Notes under the pieces: generated by a model
Told to the model about the DNA's origin: nothing
Database searches by the model: none
What the model saw: the letters and a program-made list of their open reading frames with translations, nothing else
Assembly: GCA_043823745.1 (NCBI GenBank)
Contig: JBDRAN010000006.1
Coordinates: 40,176 to 104,175 of the forward strand
Reading direction: 5' to 3'
Source of the DNA: Candidatus Omnitrophota bacterium
GTDB lineage: Bacteria; Omnitrophota; Gorgyraeia; Duberdicusellales; 4484-171
Length of the DNA: 64,000 nt
Position numbers and translations under genes: made by a program
Part shown: positions 46,893-55,263 of the stretch, piece after piece
Layout of the letters: the number at the start of each line of letters is the position of its first letter
Numbering within the stretch: position 1 is the first letter of the stretch

Positions 46893-47667
46893 TGTCCTTT
46901 CGTTGATCGTTGAAGCAGCCAAGAAAAGAGTCGCCGTGCTTACAAAAAACCGCGCGGCGATCCTTGCGTTGATCGATAAAGCTCCGGCACTTATTTCTTT
47001 TAAGAATGCGCTCTCGCGGCCGGGGAAAATGTCGATTATCGGCGAAGTAAAGCAAGCCTCTCCGGCGAGCGGGATCTTGCGAAAAGACTTCTCTCACCTG
47101 GCAATCGCGGCGACCTATGCGCGATACGGCATTAATGCGATCTCAGTCCTCACCGAAGAGGAGTTTTTTCTGGGGAAGATACAATATATCGAAGAAATTA
47201 AAAAAGAGACGCCGCTGCCTGTTCTGCGTAAAGATTTTATTCTCGATGAAATTCAGATTCTTGAGTCGCGCGCCGCAGGTGCCGATGCGGTACTTTTGAT
47301 TGCGGGGATCCTCTCGCACGAGAAACTTACAAAGCTATACGGATCCGCAAAAGAGCTGGGGATGGACGCATTGATTGAAGTGCATACCGAAAAAGAGCTG
47401 ACCCGGGCGATCACGCTGGGAGCCGATATCATCGGGATTAATAATCGTAACTTAAACACCTTGCAGGTCGATTTAACGACGACACAAAAGTTGATTCCCT
47501 TTATTCCGTCGGACACAATCAAAGTAAGCGAAAGCGGGATACAATCACTGAAAGATGTGCTCTGGCTTAAGGGTCTAGGCATACAGGCCATTCTGGTAGG
47601 TTCGGCCTTTATGAAGTCTGAAAATATTGAAGAAAAAGTAAAAGAGTTGCATATCGACCGCGACTAG
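46885..47667 (+). CDS. trpC: indole-3-glycerol phosphate synthase
   Basis: TIM-barrel IGPS motifs (IIGEVKQASP…GINNRNL); 260 aa. Confidence 0.85.
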   Translation: MHNVLSLIVEAAKKRVAVLTKNRAAILALIDKAPALISFKNALSRPGKMSIIGEVKQASPASGILRKDFSHLAIAATYARYGINAISVLTEEEFFLGKIQYIEEIKKETPLPVLRKDFILDEIQILESRAAGADAVLLIAGILSHEKLTKLYGSAKELGMDALIEVHTEKELTRAITLGADIIGINNRNLNTLQVDLTTTQKLIPFIPSDTIKVSESGIQSLKDVLWLKGLGIQAILVGSAFMKSENIEEKVKELHIDRD

Positions 47668-47683
47668 AAAGAGGGGGGTCCCT

Positions 47684-48313
47684 ATGATAAAAATAAAGAT
47701 CTGCGGCATCACCAATATACCTGATGCGCTGCTGTGCTCGCACGCAGGAGCAAACGCCTTAGGGTTCATTTTCTCCAAAAAAAGCCCGCGCTGCATTGGA
47801 GAGAAAGCCGCAAAAAAAATAATTGCGGAGCTCGATCCTTTTGTGAGTAAGGTGGGTGTTTTTCTTGACGAAGAAAAGAATACGGTAGCTGATATCGCGG
47901 GCGCACTGACCCTCGACGCACTTCAGTTCCACGGTTCAGAGTCTCCGGCCTATTGCGCTTTCTTCCGGGAACATTACAATGTAATAAAGGTATTCTTCGC
48001 GGGCAACAAGAACCTGAGAGAGACGGTCGCCCGTTACCATGTCGACGCATATTCTTTTGATATCAAATACGAAGATAAACTACGGGGCCTAAAAACATTA
48101 CCCAAAGATATGCTGCGAAACATTATCCCGTTCATCAAAATGGGCAAGCGGATTATTGTCTCGGGCGGCCTTACGGTTAACAACATTTCCTCGGCTCTTA
48201 AGATTAAGCCTTACGCCGTTGATGTTGCGAGCGGTCTTGAGGAATTTGTCGGAAAAAAAGATGCACTCCTGGTGCATCGATTTATCAATGAGGTTACCCA
48301 TGCAACTACCTGA
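47684..48313 (+). CDS. trpF: phosphoribosylanthranilate isomerase
   Basis: [10 protein letters not shown]…; 209 aa. Confidence 0.8.
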   Translation: MIKIKICGITNIPDALLCSHAGANALGFIFSKKSPRCIGEKAAKKIIAELDPFVSKVGVFLDEEKNTVADIAGALTLDALQFHGSESPAYCAFFREHYNVIKVFFAGNKNLRETVARYHVDAYSFDIKYEDKLRGLKTLPKDMLRNIIPFIKMGKRIIVSGGLTVNNISSALKIKPYAVDVASGLEEFVGKKDALLVHRFINEVTHATT

Positions 48314-49484
48314 TGCGCGGGGATATTTTGGGGAGTTTGGAGGAAGCTTTGCGCCGGAAATACTGTATGCCTGCCTCCATGAACTTACCGTCGCGTACGC
48401 GCGGGCGCGTCGCGACGCCGCCTTTACGCGGGATCTGGCATACTACTTGAATGAATATGCCGGGCGGCCCACGCGGTTATACTATGCCCAGCGCCTAAGC
48501 GTATTCGCCGGGGCTTCGATATATTTAAAACGCGAAGACCTTCTGCATACCGGCGCGCATAAAATAAATAACTCACTCGGCCAGGCAATGCTTGCGCGCT
48601 TTATGGGTAAACGACGGATTATCGCCGAAACCGGCGCGGGGCAACACGGCGTCTCGGCTGCGACGGTCGCGAGGCTCTTTAACCTGACCTGCGATGTGTA
48701 TATGGGAGAAGAGGACATGCGTCGGCAACGCATGAATGTACTCCGCATGAACATGCTGGGCGCGCGCGTGATTCCCGTAACCACGGGCACAAAAACGCTT
48801 AAGGATGCCTGTAGCCAGGCGATGCGCGACTGGGTAACCAATGTACGTGATACGTATTATCTGACCGGCTCAACCTTCGGTCCTCATCCGTATCCGATGA
48901 TGGTTCGTAATTTTCAGTCGGTAATCGGAAAAGAAGCGCGTAAACAAATCTTACGGAAAGAAAAAAGATTACCTGATTATTTGGTGGCCTGCGTCGGTGG
49001 CGGGTCCAATGCCATGGGCCTTTTTTATCCTTTCTACAAGGATACGCGCGTGCACCTGGTCGGCGTTGAAGCCGGGGGCACCGGAAGATCCCACAATGCT
49101 GCATCCGTGTGCTATGGGGACGTCGGAATTTTGCATGGAGCAAAAACGTTCATTTTACAGGATCGCGATGGCCAGATACAAGATACCCATTCTGTTGCCG
49201 CGGGCCTCGACTATCCGGGCGTAGGGCCGGAACATGCATACTACCACGAGAGCGGCAGAGGACGCTACGTCGCGATCAAAGACAAGCAAGCGCTGCACGG
49301 TTTTAAGATTTTAAGTGAGCTTGAGGGAATTATCCCGGCGCTTGAAAGCGCTCATGCTATTTATTATGCCACGCGTCTCGCGAAAAAAAAGAAAGGAACG
49401 CTTATCGTGGTGTGCCTTTCGGGAAGAGGGGACAAGGACTTGGAGATAGTCCAAGAGCATATAGAAGCGGATAAACGCAGATAG
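48300..49484 (+). CDS. trpB: tryptophan synthase beta chain
   Basis: [10 protein letters not shown]…, PLP-lysine region (HTGAHKINN), GGGSNA; start 48300 (or 48288) overlaps trpF stop; last codons overlap family-1 copy C. Confidence 0.85.
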   Translation: MQLPDARGYFGEFGGSFAPEILYACLHELTVAYARARRDAAFTRDLAYYLNEYAGRPTRLYYAQRLSVFAGASIYLKREDLLHTGAHKINNSLGQAMLARFMGKRRIIAETGAGQHGVSAATVARLFNLTCDVYMGEEDMRRQRMNVLRMNMLGARVIPVTTGTKTLKDACSQAMRDWVTNVRDTYYLTGSTFGPHPYPMMVRNFQSVIGKEARKQILRKEKRLPDYLVACVGGGSNAMGLFYPFYKDTRVHLVGVEAGGTGRSHNAASVCYGDVGILHGAKTFILQDRDGQIQDTHSVAAGLDYPGVGPEHAYYHESGRGRYVAIKDKQALHGFKILSELEGIIPALESAHAIYYATRLAKKKKGTLIVVCLSGRGDKDLEIVQEHIEADKRR

Positions 49485-49630
49485 TAACGTGGAAAAGCGC
49501 GGATGAATAAAGAACCAATAATAATTACGGTACAGAAAATATCGATTTTATCTTACATGTCATAAAATAATGAGTAAATTTAATTTTATCCGCGTCGATC
49601 AGCGTTTTGATCCGCAGGAATCCGCTTCTA
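49463..49630. repeat. REP/MITE-like element family 1, copy C (split arms with AT-rich insert; overlaps trpB 3' end)
   Basis: Left arm tagaagcggataaacgcag…gaaaagcgcggatgaa (49463-49510) lies in the last codons of trpB (…EADKRR*); right arm ttatccgcgtcgatcagcgttttgatccgcaggaatccgcttcta (49586-49630); ~75-nt AT-rich interior. Confidence 0.55.
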
Positions 49631-49633
49631 ATT

Positions 49634-50458
49634 ATGAATATTAAACAAAAATTCGAACAGCTCAAAAAAGAAGGCAGGAAAGCCTTCATCGCCTACGTGC
49701 CGTTTGGATTCCCGACAATTGCACGCAGCAAGGACATCATCCTGACGTTACAAGGCGCCGGAGTTGATATTATTGAACTCGGTATTCCCTTTTCTGACCC
49801 GGTTGCTGACGGCGCGATTATCCAGGCAGCGTCGATCCACGCCCTAAATGGCGGCGCAAATACCGAAAATCTTTTTGCGGCGCTTCGGTCTTTACAAAAA
49901 TCTCTTTACGTACCCGTTGCGCTTATGACTTATTATAATCCTATCTTTCGTTTCGGTGTCGAAAAATTTTTTACCACACTGCGGGGCGTCGGGGTTACGG
50001 GGCTTATTACCGTTGATCTCCCGGCTGACGAAAGCCGGGATTACATACGCTTCGCGCGCGAAAGCGCCATTGAAACAATATTTTTGGTAACACCGGTAAC
50101 TTCGCATGAACGCGCGCGATATATTGCCCGCGCATCCCGAGGATTCGTCTACTATGTTTCCGTTGCCGGAACAACCGGGCCCCAGAATATCACGATGCTC
50201 CCGCTGGCACGCCACATCCAAAAACTTAAATCACTGACGCGGTTGCCCATGTGCGTTGGTTTCGGTATTCATAGCGCGGCACAGGTACGGGCCATTAGCG
50301 CGATAAGCGACGGCGTGATCGTCGGCAGCAGTATTGTCAATTTCATCGCCCGCAGGTACGCTCATCCGATGTTTTTAAAAAAATTGAAAGCGTACATCCA
50401 GGGGCTGCGCCGACCATCGCCATCAAACGCATGGGGCCGGGCTAAACAAAATTTTTAG
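49634..50458 (+). CDS. trpA: tryptophan synthase alpha chain
   Basis: MNIKQKFEQLKKEGRKAFIAYV…, TIM barrel; ATG 49634 (tracked 49607 start lies in the repeat). Confidence 0.8.
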   Translation: MNIKQKFEQLKKEGRKAFIAYVPFGFPTIARSKDIILTLQGAGVDIIELGIPFSDPVADGAIIQAASIHALNGGANTENLFAALRSLQKSLYVPVALMTYYNPIFRFGVEKFFTTLRGVGVTGLITVDLPADESRDYIRFARESAIETIFLVTPVTSHERARYIARASRGFVYYVSVAGTTGPQNITMLPLARHIQKLKSLTRLPMCVGFGIHSAAQVRAISAISDGVIVGSSIVNFIARRYAHPMFLKKLKAYIQGLRRPSPSNAWGRAKQNF

Positions 50459-50481
50459 CTCAAACGACGCACGCACCATTT

Positions 50482-51768
50482 GTGAGGGAACGAATGAATG
50501 AATTAATTACCGTTAATGGCGCAAAACTTATTTTTTCTCCCTGCAAAGACGTGGAAACCGCATCCTTCGGTGTTTTTTTAAAGATCGGCGGCCGCTACGA
50601 ACCGATCAAGACCAAAGGTATCGCCCACTTTCTTGAGCACTTGATTTTTAAGGGGAGCAAAAAACATTCCTACAAGGAAATTAAACGAGAAATCGAGGGC
50701 CGCGGTGGAACCCTCAATGGCTTCACGTCGCACGAATTCACCGGCTACTATGCGCATTTTCTTAAGAAGAATTTGCTCCCGACGTTAGATATTCTCCTTG
50801 ATATGGTTTTTCATCCCATGCTTACCCTCTCCGATATCGAAAAGGAACGTAAGGTTATTCTTGAGGAAATAAAGATGTACAACGACTTACCCAGCTCGCG
50901 CGTTGGGATGCTGCTCGATAAACTCCTTTGGCCCGGTCATATTCTTGGAGAAGAGGTCATCGGAAGCGCGGCGAGCGTCAAAGGGATTTCTCGAAAAGAT
51001 TTGTCACGGTTTAAAGCTGCATATTATCTGACCTCAAACGCCACTATTTCCTGCAGCGGAAATTTTGAGAAGACCTCGCTTACCAGGCTCCTGACCGAAC
51101 GGATACACCCTGCCCCCGGGAGAGCAAACCTTACGACCATCGCACCGGGCGTGTTGCGCGGTATCGCGATTTCTATCGAGCACAAAAAACTAGAACAGGC
51201 TCACGTATGCATCGGCTTTCGCTCTGTTTCTTACTTCGATCAAAAACGTTTTGCCGCTGAGCTCTTAAGTATACTCTTGGGGGCAAACATGAGTAGCCGC
51301 CTTTTCGAAGAAGTGAGAGAAAAAAAAGCGCTCTGCTACGATATCTCAACCGACGTACGTAAATATAAAGATAGCGGCGCCTTTGTCGTGCACACCGCTT
51401 TAGATAAAACAAAAATTGACACCGCTCTTGCCTGCGTTCTAAGAGAGCTACAAAAGATCAAAGACCGTTGTGTACCGAGCCGTGAATTAACACGAGCCAA
51501 GGACTATCTTCTTGGTCAGATCGCGATGGGGCTTGAACGACCTCAAGGAAAAATGTTCTACTCTGCTGAAAGCTTGCTTACGACCGGAGAAATTCTTTCG
51601 TTTACCCGCATCACGGAAATAGTGCAAAAAATCACCGCAGAAGAAATTCAAGTGTTCGCGAAGGAAATTTTTGATTTCACCAACATGCGTATTTCTTGTG
51701 TCGGCGATGCCGAAGCGGCGCGAACGGAAGATAGTATCAATAAGACGCTGAAACGGTTTTTGTCCTAA
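50482..51768 (+). CDS. M16-family (pitrilysin/insulinase-like) zinc peptidase
   Basis: Inverted zincin motif HFLEH…E; 428 aa. Confidence 0.75.
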   Translation: MRERMNELITVNGAKLIFSPCKDVETASFGVFLKIGGRYEPIKTKGIAHFLEHLIFKGSKKHSYKEIKREIEGRGGTLNGFTSHEFTGYYAHFLKKNLLPTLDILLDMVFHPMLTLSDIEKERKVILEEIKMYNDLPSSRVGMLLDKLLWPGHILGEEVIGSAASVKGISRKDLSRFKAAYYLTSNATISCSGNFEKTSLTRLLTERIHPAPGRANLTTIAPGVLRGIAISIEHKKLEQAHVCIGFRSVSYFDQKRFAAELLSILLGANMSSRLFEEVREKKALCYDISTDVRKYKDSGAFVVHTALDKTKIDTALACVLRELQKIKDRCVPSRELTRAKDYLLGQIAMGLERPQGKMFYSAESLLTTGEILSFTRITEIVQKITAEEIQVFAKEIFDFTNMRISCVGDAEAARTEDSINKTLKRFLS

Positions 51769-51783
51769 CCAAAGGGGGTCGTT

Positions 51784-52173
51784 ATTCCCAAAAAAACAAA
51801 TCCTCTCAAAACAAAAGCACTGCGGATCGCTGAGTTCGCGCTCGCTCAGCATGCCGAAAAAAACACCATTCTCGATGTCGAAGGTAAATGCGGTATCTGC
51901 GATTACTTTGTGATCTGCTCCGGGGAAACCGGCGTGCAAACACGCGCGATTGCGCACGAAGTAGTCACCCGATGCAAAGAACAAGGCTATGCGGTTCATC
52001 ACTACGAAGAAGATAGCGAGGCTCGATGGATTCTCGTCGACCTTTTCGATATCATCGTGCACATTTTTACTCGCGAGGCTCGCCTGTTTTATAATCTCGA
52101 GTATCTTTGGGCTGACGCGAGGAAAGTTCGTGTCTTAAAAAATAAAAAAATATCACTTCCTTCACGAAAATAG
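51784..52173 (+). CDS. rsfS: ribosome silencing factor RsfS (Iojap-like); start codon uncertain
   Basis: …ILDVEGKCGICDYFVICSGETGVQTRAIAHEV…WILVDLFDIIVHIFTREARLFYNLEYLWADA; frame is open back to the peptidase stop (51766-51768) with no in-frame ATG; GGGGG RBS at 51773-51777 suggests a near-cognate start (ATT 51784/GTT 51781); the track's GTG 51910 would truncate the domain. Confidence 0.6.
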   Translation: MPKKTNPLKTKALRIAEFALAQHAEKNTILDVEGKCGICDYFVICSGETGVQTRAIAHEVVTRCKEQGYAVHHYEEDSEARWILVDLFDIIVHIFTREARLFYNLEYLWADARKVRVLKNKKISLPSRK

Positions 52174-52201
52174 TTGACATTTGTCCAATCATTTGCTAAA
52201 T
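52173..52201 (+). promoter_or_regulatory. sigma70-like promoter for the lysine-rich micro-ORF unit
   Basis: TTGACA (52173-52178), 17-nt spacer, TAAATT (52196-52201). Confidence 0.45.
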
Positions 52202-52256
52202 TAAAAGTAACATACGTTCCGAGTGGTCGGACAAAAAACATTAGAAGGAGGTGACC

Positions 52257-52298
52257 AATGGCGAAGAAAGCGAAAGCGAAGAAAGCGAAGAAGAAATA
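52257..52298 (+). CDS. micro-ORF 1: 13-aa poly-Lys/Ala peptide MAKKAKAKKAKKK
   Basis: AGGAGG 7 nt upstream of ATG; own promoter upstream and a strong intrinsic terminator downstream; TAG stop overlaps the SD of micro-ORF 2. Confidence 0.4.
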
Positions 52299-52307
52299 GG
52301 AGGTTCT

Positions 52308-52379
52308 CATGTCAGGATGTGGATGCAGCATGAAAAAGACTCCGAAGAAAGCTTCTAAGAAGAAAACGAAAAAGAAATA
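52308..52379 (+). CDS. micro-ORF 2: 23-aa Cys-Gly-Cys-containing, Lys-rich peptide MSGCGCSMKKTPKKASKKKTKKK
   Basis: TAGGAGG SD 6 nt upstream; followed 20 nt later by a perfect rho-independent terminator. Confidence 0.45.
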
Positions 52380-52398
52380 GAACATCCTTGAGAGACTC

Positions 52399-52436
52399 AA
52401 ACCCCGCGCGTACCTCGCGCGGGGTTTACCTTTTTT
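52399..52436 (+). terminator. rho-independent terminator
   Basis: aaaccccgcgcg-tacct-cgcgcggggttt then accTTTTTT. Confidence 0.8.
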
Positions 52437-52508
52437 AAGACGCGCGCCCTCGGGATCTCCTGAATAAAAACAAACGGCTTATGCACGACGCACAACAAAC
52501 GAATACCT

Positions 52509-52760
52509 ATGCATGACTATCACCTTGTCAAATCGGTTATAAAGAGCATCGAAGAAAAAACCTCAAAACTCGAGAAGATAAAACGAGTAACCCGTATCCG
52601 CCTTACCCTCGGGTCGCTTAAAATGGTTACCAAGGAGCATTTTACGCAGACCTTTAAGGAAGTTTCCCGCGGCACGCTCTGCGAAGGAGCACGTCTGGCG
52701 ATCACTGAGGTACCGGGGGACGTTTTGATTGTGGATAACATCGAAGGGGAATTCGACTGA
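52509..52760 (+). CDS. HypA-like N-terminal (Ni-binding) domain protein lacking the zinc-finger half; possible gene remnant
   Basis: MHDYHLVKSVIKSIEE…KRVTRIRLTLG…F…RGTLCEGARLAITEV aligns along the HypA/HybF N-domain (MHE…KRVT…G…AEG…L.IEE); ORF ends before any CxxC…CxxC; no hydrogenase genes nearby. Confidence 0.4.
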   Translation: MHDYHLVKSVIKSIEEKTSKLEKIKRVTRIRLTLGSLKMVTKEHFTQTFKEVSRGTLCEGARLAITEVPGDVLIVDNIEGEFD

Positions 52761-52833
52761 TCTTGCCTCCCCGATATCTTCAAAAACCTAATACAGGTAG
52801 CTTTTTTCCGGCTCCTATGATATAATCGAACAC

Positions 52834-53418
52834 ATGTTTACCGGCATTGTCCAAGAAATAGGCCTCCTTGCACAACGACGCAAAAAAAGCACGATAACCA
52901 CGTTCACAATACAGGCTCCCGTCAGCGCCCAAAGTGCTTCGGCAAGCGACAGCATCGCGATTAACGGTGTTTGCCTGACCGTTACGCGTAAGGAAAAAAA
53001 CCTTTTGGTTTTTGACGCGGTGGCACCGACACTCATAAAAACGAATCTTGCAACCATGCGTATTGGCGATCGAATCAATATCGAACCAGCGCTTAAGGTG
53101 GGGGGTACGCTCGGTGGTCATTTTGTCTTAGGGCATATTGACGCGACCGCGAAGCTGGTGCGTGTTATCAACAAACGAAACTACTGGCAGGTAACTCTGG
53201 CGCTACCGGTAAAAAAATACGGCCACCTCGTCGAAAATGGATCGATAGCGGTAGAAGGCGTTTCGCTTACCGTTAAAAAATTTTCCGGCCGCGAGATCAC
53301 TCTTGATATTATTCCTTTTACCTATTTGCACACGACGCTACAGTATAAAAAGCCGGGTAGCTGGCTGAACATGGAATTCGATTATCTTTTGAAGAAATTA
53401 GAAGCGGAAAAACGCTGA
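52834..53418 (+). CDS. ribE: riboflavin synthase (alpha subunit)
   Basis: MFTGIVQEIG… and internal repeat …GHFVLGHID…; 194 aa; last codons (…EAEKR*) lie inside family-1 copy D. Confidence 0.85.
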   Translation: MFTGIVQEIGLLAQRRKKSTITTFTIQAPVSAQSASASDSIAINGVCLTVTRKEKNLLVFDAVAPTLIKTNLATMRIGDRINIEPALKVGGTLGGHFVLGHIDATAKLVRVINKRNYWQVTLALPVKKYGHLVENGSIAVEGVSLTVKKFSGREITLDIIPFTYLHTTLQYKKPGSWLNMEFDYLLKKLEAEKR

Positions 53419-53456
53419 CAGCGTAAATCCGCGTTACTATCCGCGTGTATCCGCCT
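53399..53456. repeat. REP/MITE-like element family 1, copy D (degenerate; overlaps ribE 3' end)
   Basis: ttagaagcggaaaaacgctgacagcgtaaatccgcgttactatccgcgtgtatccgcc; shares the tagaagcgga head and ATCCGCG iterations. Confidence 0.5.
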
Positions 53457-53464
53457 CTATTATT

Positions 53465-53539
53465 CGGGGCGTGGCTCAGCCCGGCTAGAGCGCTTGGTTC
53501 GGGACCAAGAGGTCGGTGGTTCAAATCCACTCGCCCCGA
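53465..53539 (+). tRNA. tRNA-Pro (anticodon CGG)
   Basis: Cloverleaf: acceptor CGGGGCG/CGCCCCG, D-stem GCTC/GAGC, anticodon stem CTTGG/CCAAG with loop TTCGGGA, T-arm GGTGG-TTCAAAT-CCACT, discriminator A; CCA not encoded. Confidence 0.85.
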
Positions 53540-53686
53540 CGTTTTATTTACTTTCCCCGCGGCCCCTTGAGCATCCGCGGGGGACGCCCCCCTCTAATGA
53601 GGTGTCCGGGTCATGCGTGCTTCGTTTCTATCTTTCCGGTGCCATTTTTTCGTTGCAAAGAGAGCGGTTTGGACTACAATAATGCA

Positions 53687-54610
53687 ATGGATACCTATAT
53701 AGGGATTGATTGGGGCGGTACCTATATTAAGTCGGGTTTAGTTTCGGAAAAAGGCACGGTCATCGCCAAAGAAGTGTTTTCTTCCAGCCTCCTTAAGAAA
53801 AAAAAGGTCTTTATTGAAACGGTGTCCCGGCTCGTAAAAAAGTACGCTAATCGCCGGATAGGCGCAATCGGAATCGGCGCTCCGGGAATTATTGACACGA
53901 CAAAAGGCTTTATTTATTATTTACCAAACATTGCGGGATGGAAAAATTATCCGCTCAAGACAATACTACAAAAAAAGCTCCGTGTTCCTGTCTTTGTCGA
54001 TAATGACGCTAATGTTTTTGCCCTTGCGGAAGCGCGGTTAGGCGCGGCAAAAAAAACAAAGCGCGCAATTTTTTTAACTCTTGGAACGGGCCTGGGTGGA
54101 GCGGTGATCTGGAACGGAAATATTCTTGAGGGTCGCGCAAGCGCTTCGGAGATCGGACATGTGCCCATCGCCATAGAAGGTAGGCCGTGCTCCTGCGGCG
54201 GGAATGGTTGCATTGAAACGTTCGTGGGGGCACCTCATCTTCTCTCCCATTATGCTCTCCTGGAACCAGGCGCGCGCGTAACGGAAGTTAAGGAAATTTT
54301 TCGCCGGGCTCTGGCTCACGATCCGTCGGCGATAACCGTTTGGCGTAATTTCGCACATGCTCTAGGAAAATTTTTAGGGGGCATGGTTAACATTTTTAAC
54401 CCCGAAATTATTGTTCTTGGCGGGGGAGTAGCGGGGGCTTTTAGTTTTTTTAAGCCTCTCCTGGAACGAGCGATACGCACGCAAGCGATGTGGCCGAACC
54501 ACAAAGGTCTGCGCCTGGTGCGGGCGCGGCTTTCCGATCCCGGCATTATCGGCGCAGGGCTTCTTGCCAAGGAGCGTCTCAACCGCGCCTCTCAATCGTA
54601 TTCACGATGA
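53687..54610 (+). CDS. ROK-family glucokinase
   Basis: [11 protein letters not shown] motif, ROK zinc motif [10 protein letters not shown]; ATG 53687 (upstream part of the tracked ORF overlaps the tRNA). Confidence 0.75.
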   Translation: MDTYIGIDWGGTYIKSGLVSEKGTVIAKEVFSSSLLKKKKVFIETVSRLVKKYANRRIGAIGIGAPGIIDTTKGFIYYLPNIAGWKNYPLKTILQKKLRVPVFVDNDANVFALAEARLGAAKKTKRAIFLTLGTGLGGAVIWNGNILEGRASASEIGHVPIAIEGRPCSCGGNGCIETFVGAPHLLSHYALLEPGARVTEVKEIFRRALAHDPSAITVWRNFAHALGKFLGGMVNIFNPEIIVLGGGVAGAFSFFKPLLERAIRTQAMWPNHKGLRLVRARLSDPGIIGAGLLAKERLNRASQSYSR

Positions 54611-55263
54611 AACTTTTTATTGATACCGCAAATCTTGAAGAAATAAAAACAGCTCGCGCGTTGGGGGTGCTTGACGGTGTTACCACCAACCCCACGCTCT
54701 TGGCAAGAGAAAAAGCAGAGCCCCGACAACAGCTTAAGGCTATCTGCGCTGCCGTCCGGGGGCCGGTCAGCGCCGAAGTAATGGGCCTGACGGCTGTTGA
54801 GATGGTCCGCGAAGCACGAGAACTCGTTGCTATTGCCTCAAATATCGTTATTAAAATACCTTCAACCGTCGAGGGGCTTACCGCGACAGCTGCTTTGCGG
54901 GACCTGAACATACAAACAAACCTCACGTTGTGTTTCTCCGCCTCTCAGGCACTGCTCGTCGCAAAAGCAGGCGCCACCTTTGTTTCACCGTTTGTAGGAA
55001 GGCTCGACGACATATCCCAGGAAGGGATGAATCTCATCCGAGACATACGACTGATATATAAAAATTATACCCTCCCGACGCAAATCATCGTTGCCTCGAT
55101 CAGGCACCCGCTTCATTTTGTGGAGGCAGCGCGTATCGGCGCCGACATTGCCACGGTCCCTTTTGCTGTTATTGAAAAACTGATGCATCATCCATTAACC
55201 GACATCGGCGTTCAACGCTTTCTCGAAGACTGGAAAACTTTAAACGACATCCTTAAAACATGA
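54607..55263 (+). CDS. transaldolase (short Tal / fructose-6-phosphate-aldolase-type)
   Basis: [13 protein letters not shown]…, Schiff-base lysine region (…VIKIPST…); ~218 aa. Confidence 0.8.
   Translation: MKLFIDTANLEEIKTARALGVLDGVTTNPTLLAREKAEPRQQLKAICAAVRGPVSAEVMGLTAVEMVREARELVAIASNIVIKIPSTVEGLTATAALRDLNIQTNLTLCFSASQALLVAKAGATFVSPFVGRLDDISQEGMNLIRDIRLIYKNYTLPTQIIVASIRHPLHFVEAARIGADIATVPFAVIEKLMHHPLTDIGVQRFLEDWKTLNDILKT

Noticed and set aside
48841-48860. Third occurrence of acgtgatacgt inside trpB
   Set aside because: It is a single 11-mer within coding sequence (…NVRDTYYL…) without the surrounding palindromic context, so it is treated as a chance match to the intergenic element.
52089-52400. 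103-aa Phe-rich minus-strand ORF (…FFFVFFLEAFFGVFF…)
   Set aside because: It is the reverse-complement reading of the Lys-codon-rich micro-ORF unit (AAG/AAA become CTT/TTT) and runs across a plus-strand terminator, so it is an artefact.
53516-53686. Upstream 57 codons of the tracked ROK ORF (starting at 53516) and similar long N-terminal extensions of the receiver, coaE, trpA, transaldolase, dehydrogenase (59526) and SBP (32441) ORFs
   Set aside because: The extensions overlap a tRNA gene, repeats or the preceding gene. They are Arg/Pro-rich low-complexity and precede a much better start (conserved N-terminus plus RBS). They are annotated from the internal ATG instead.
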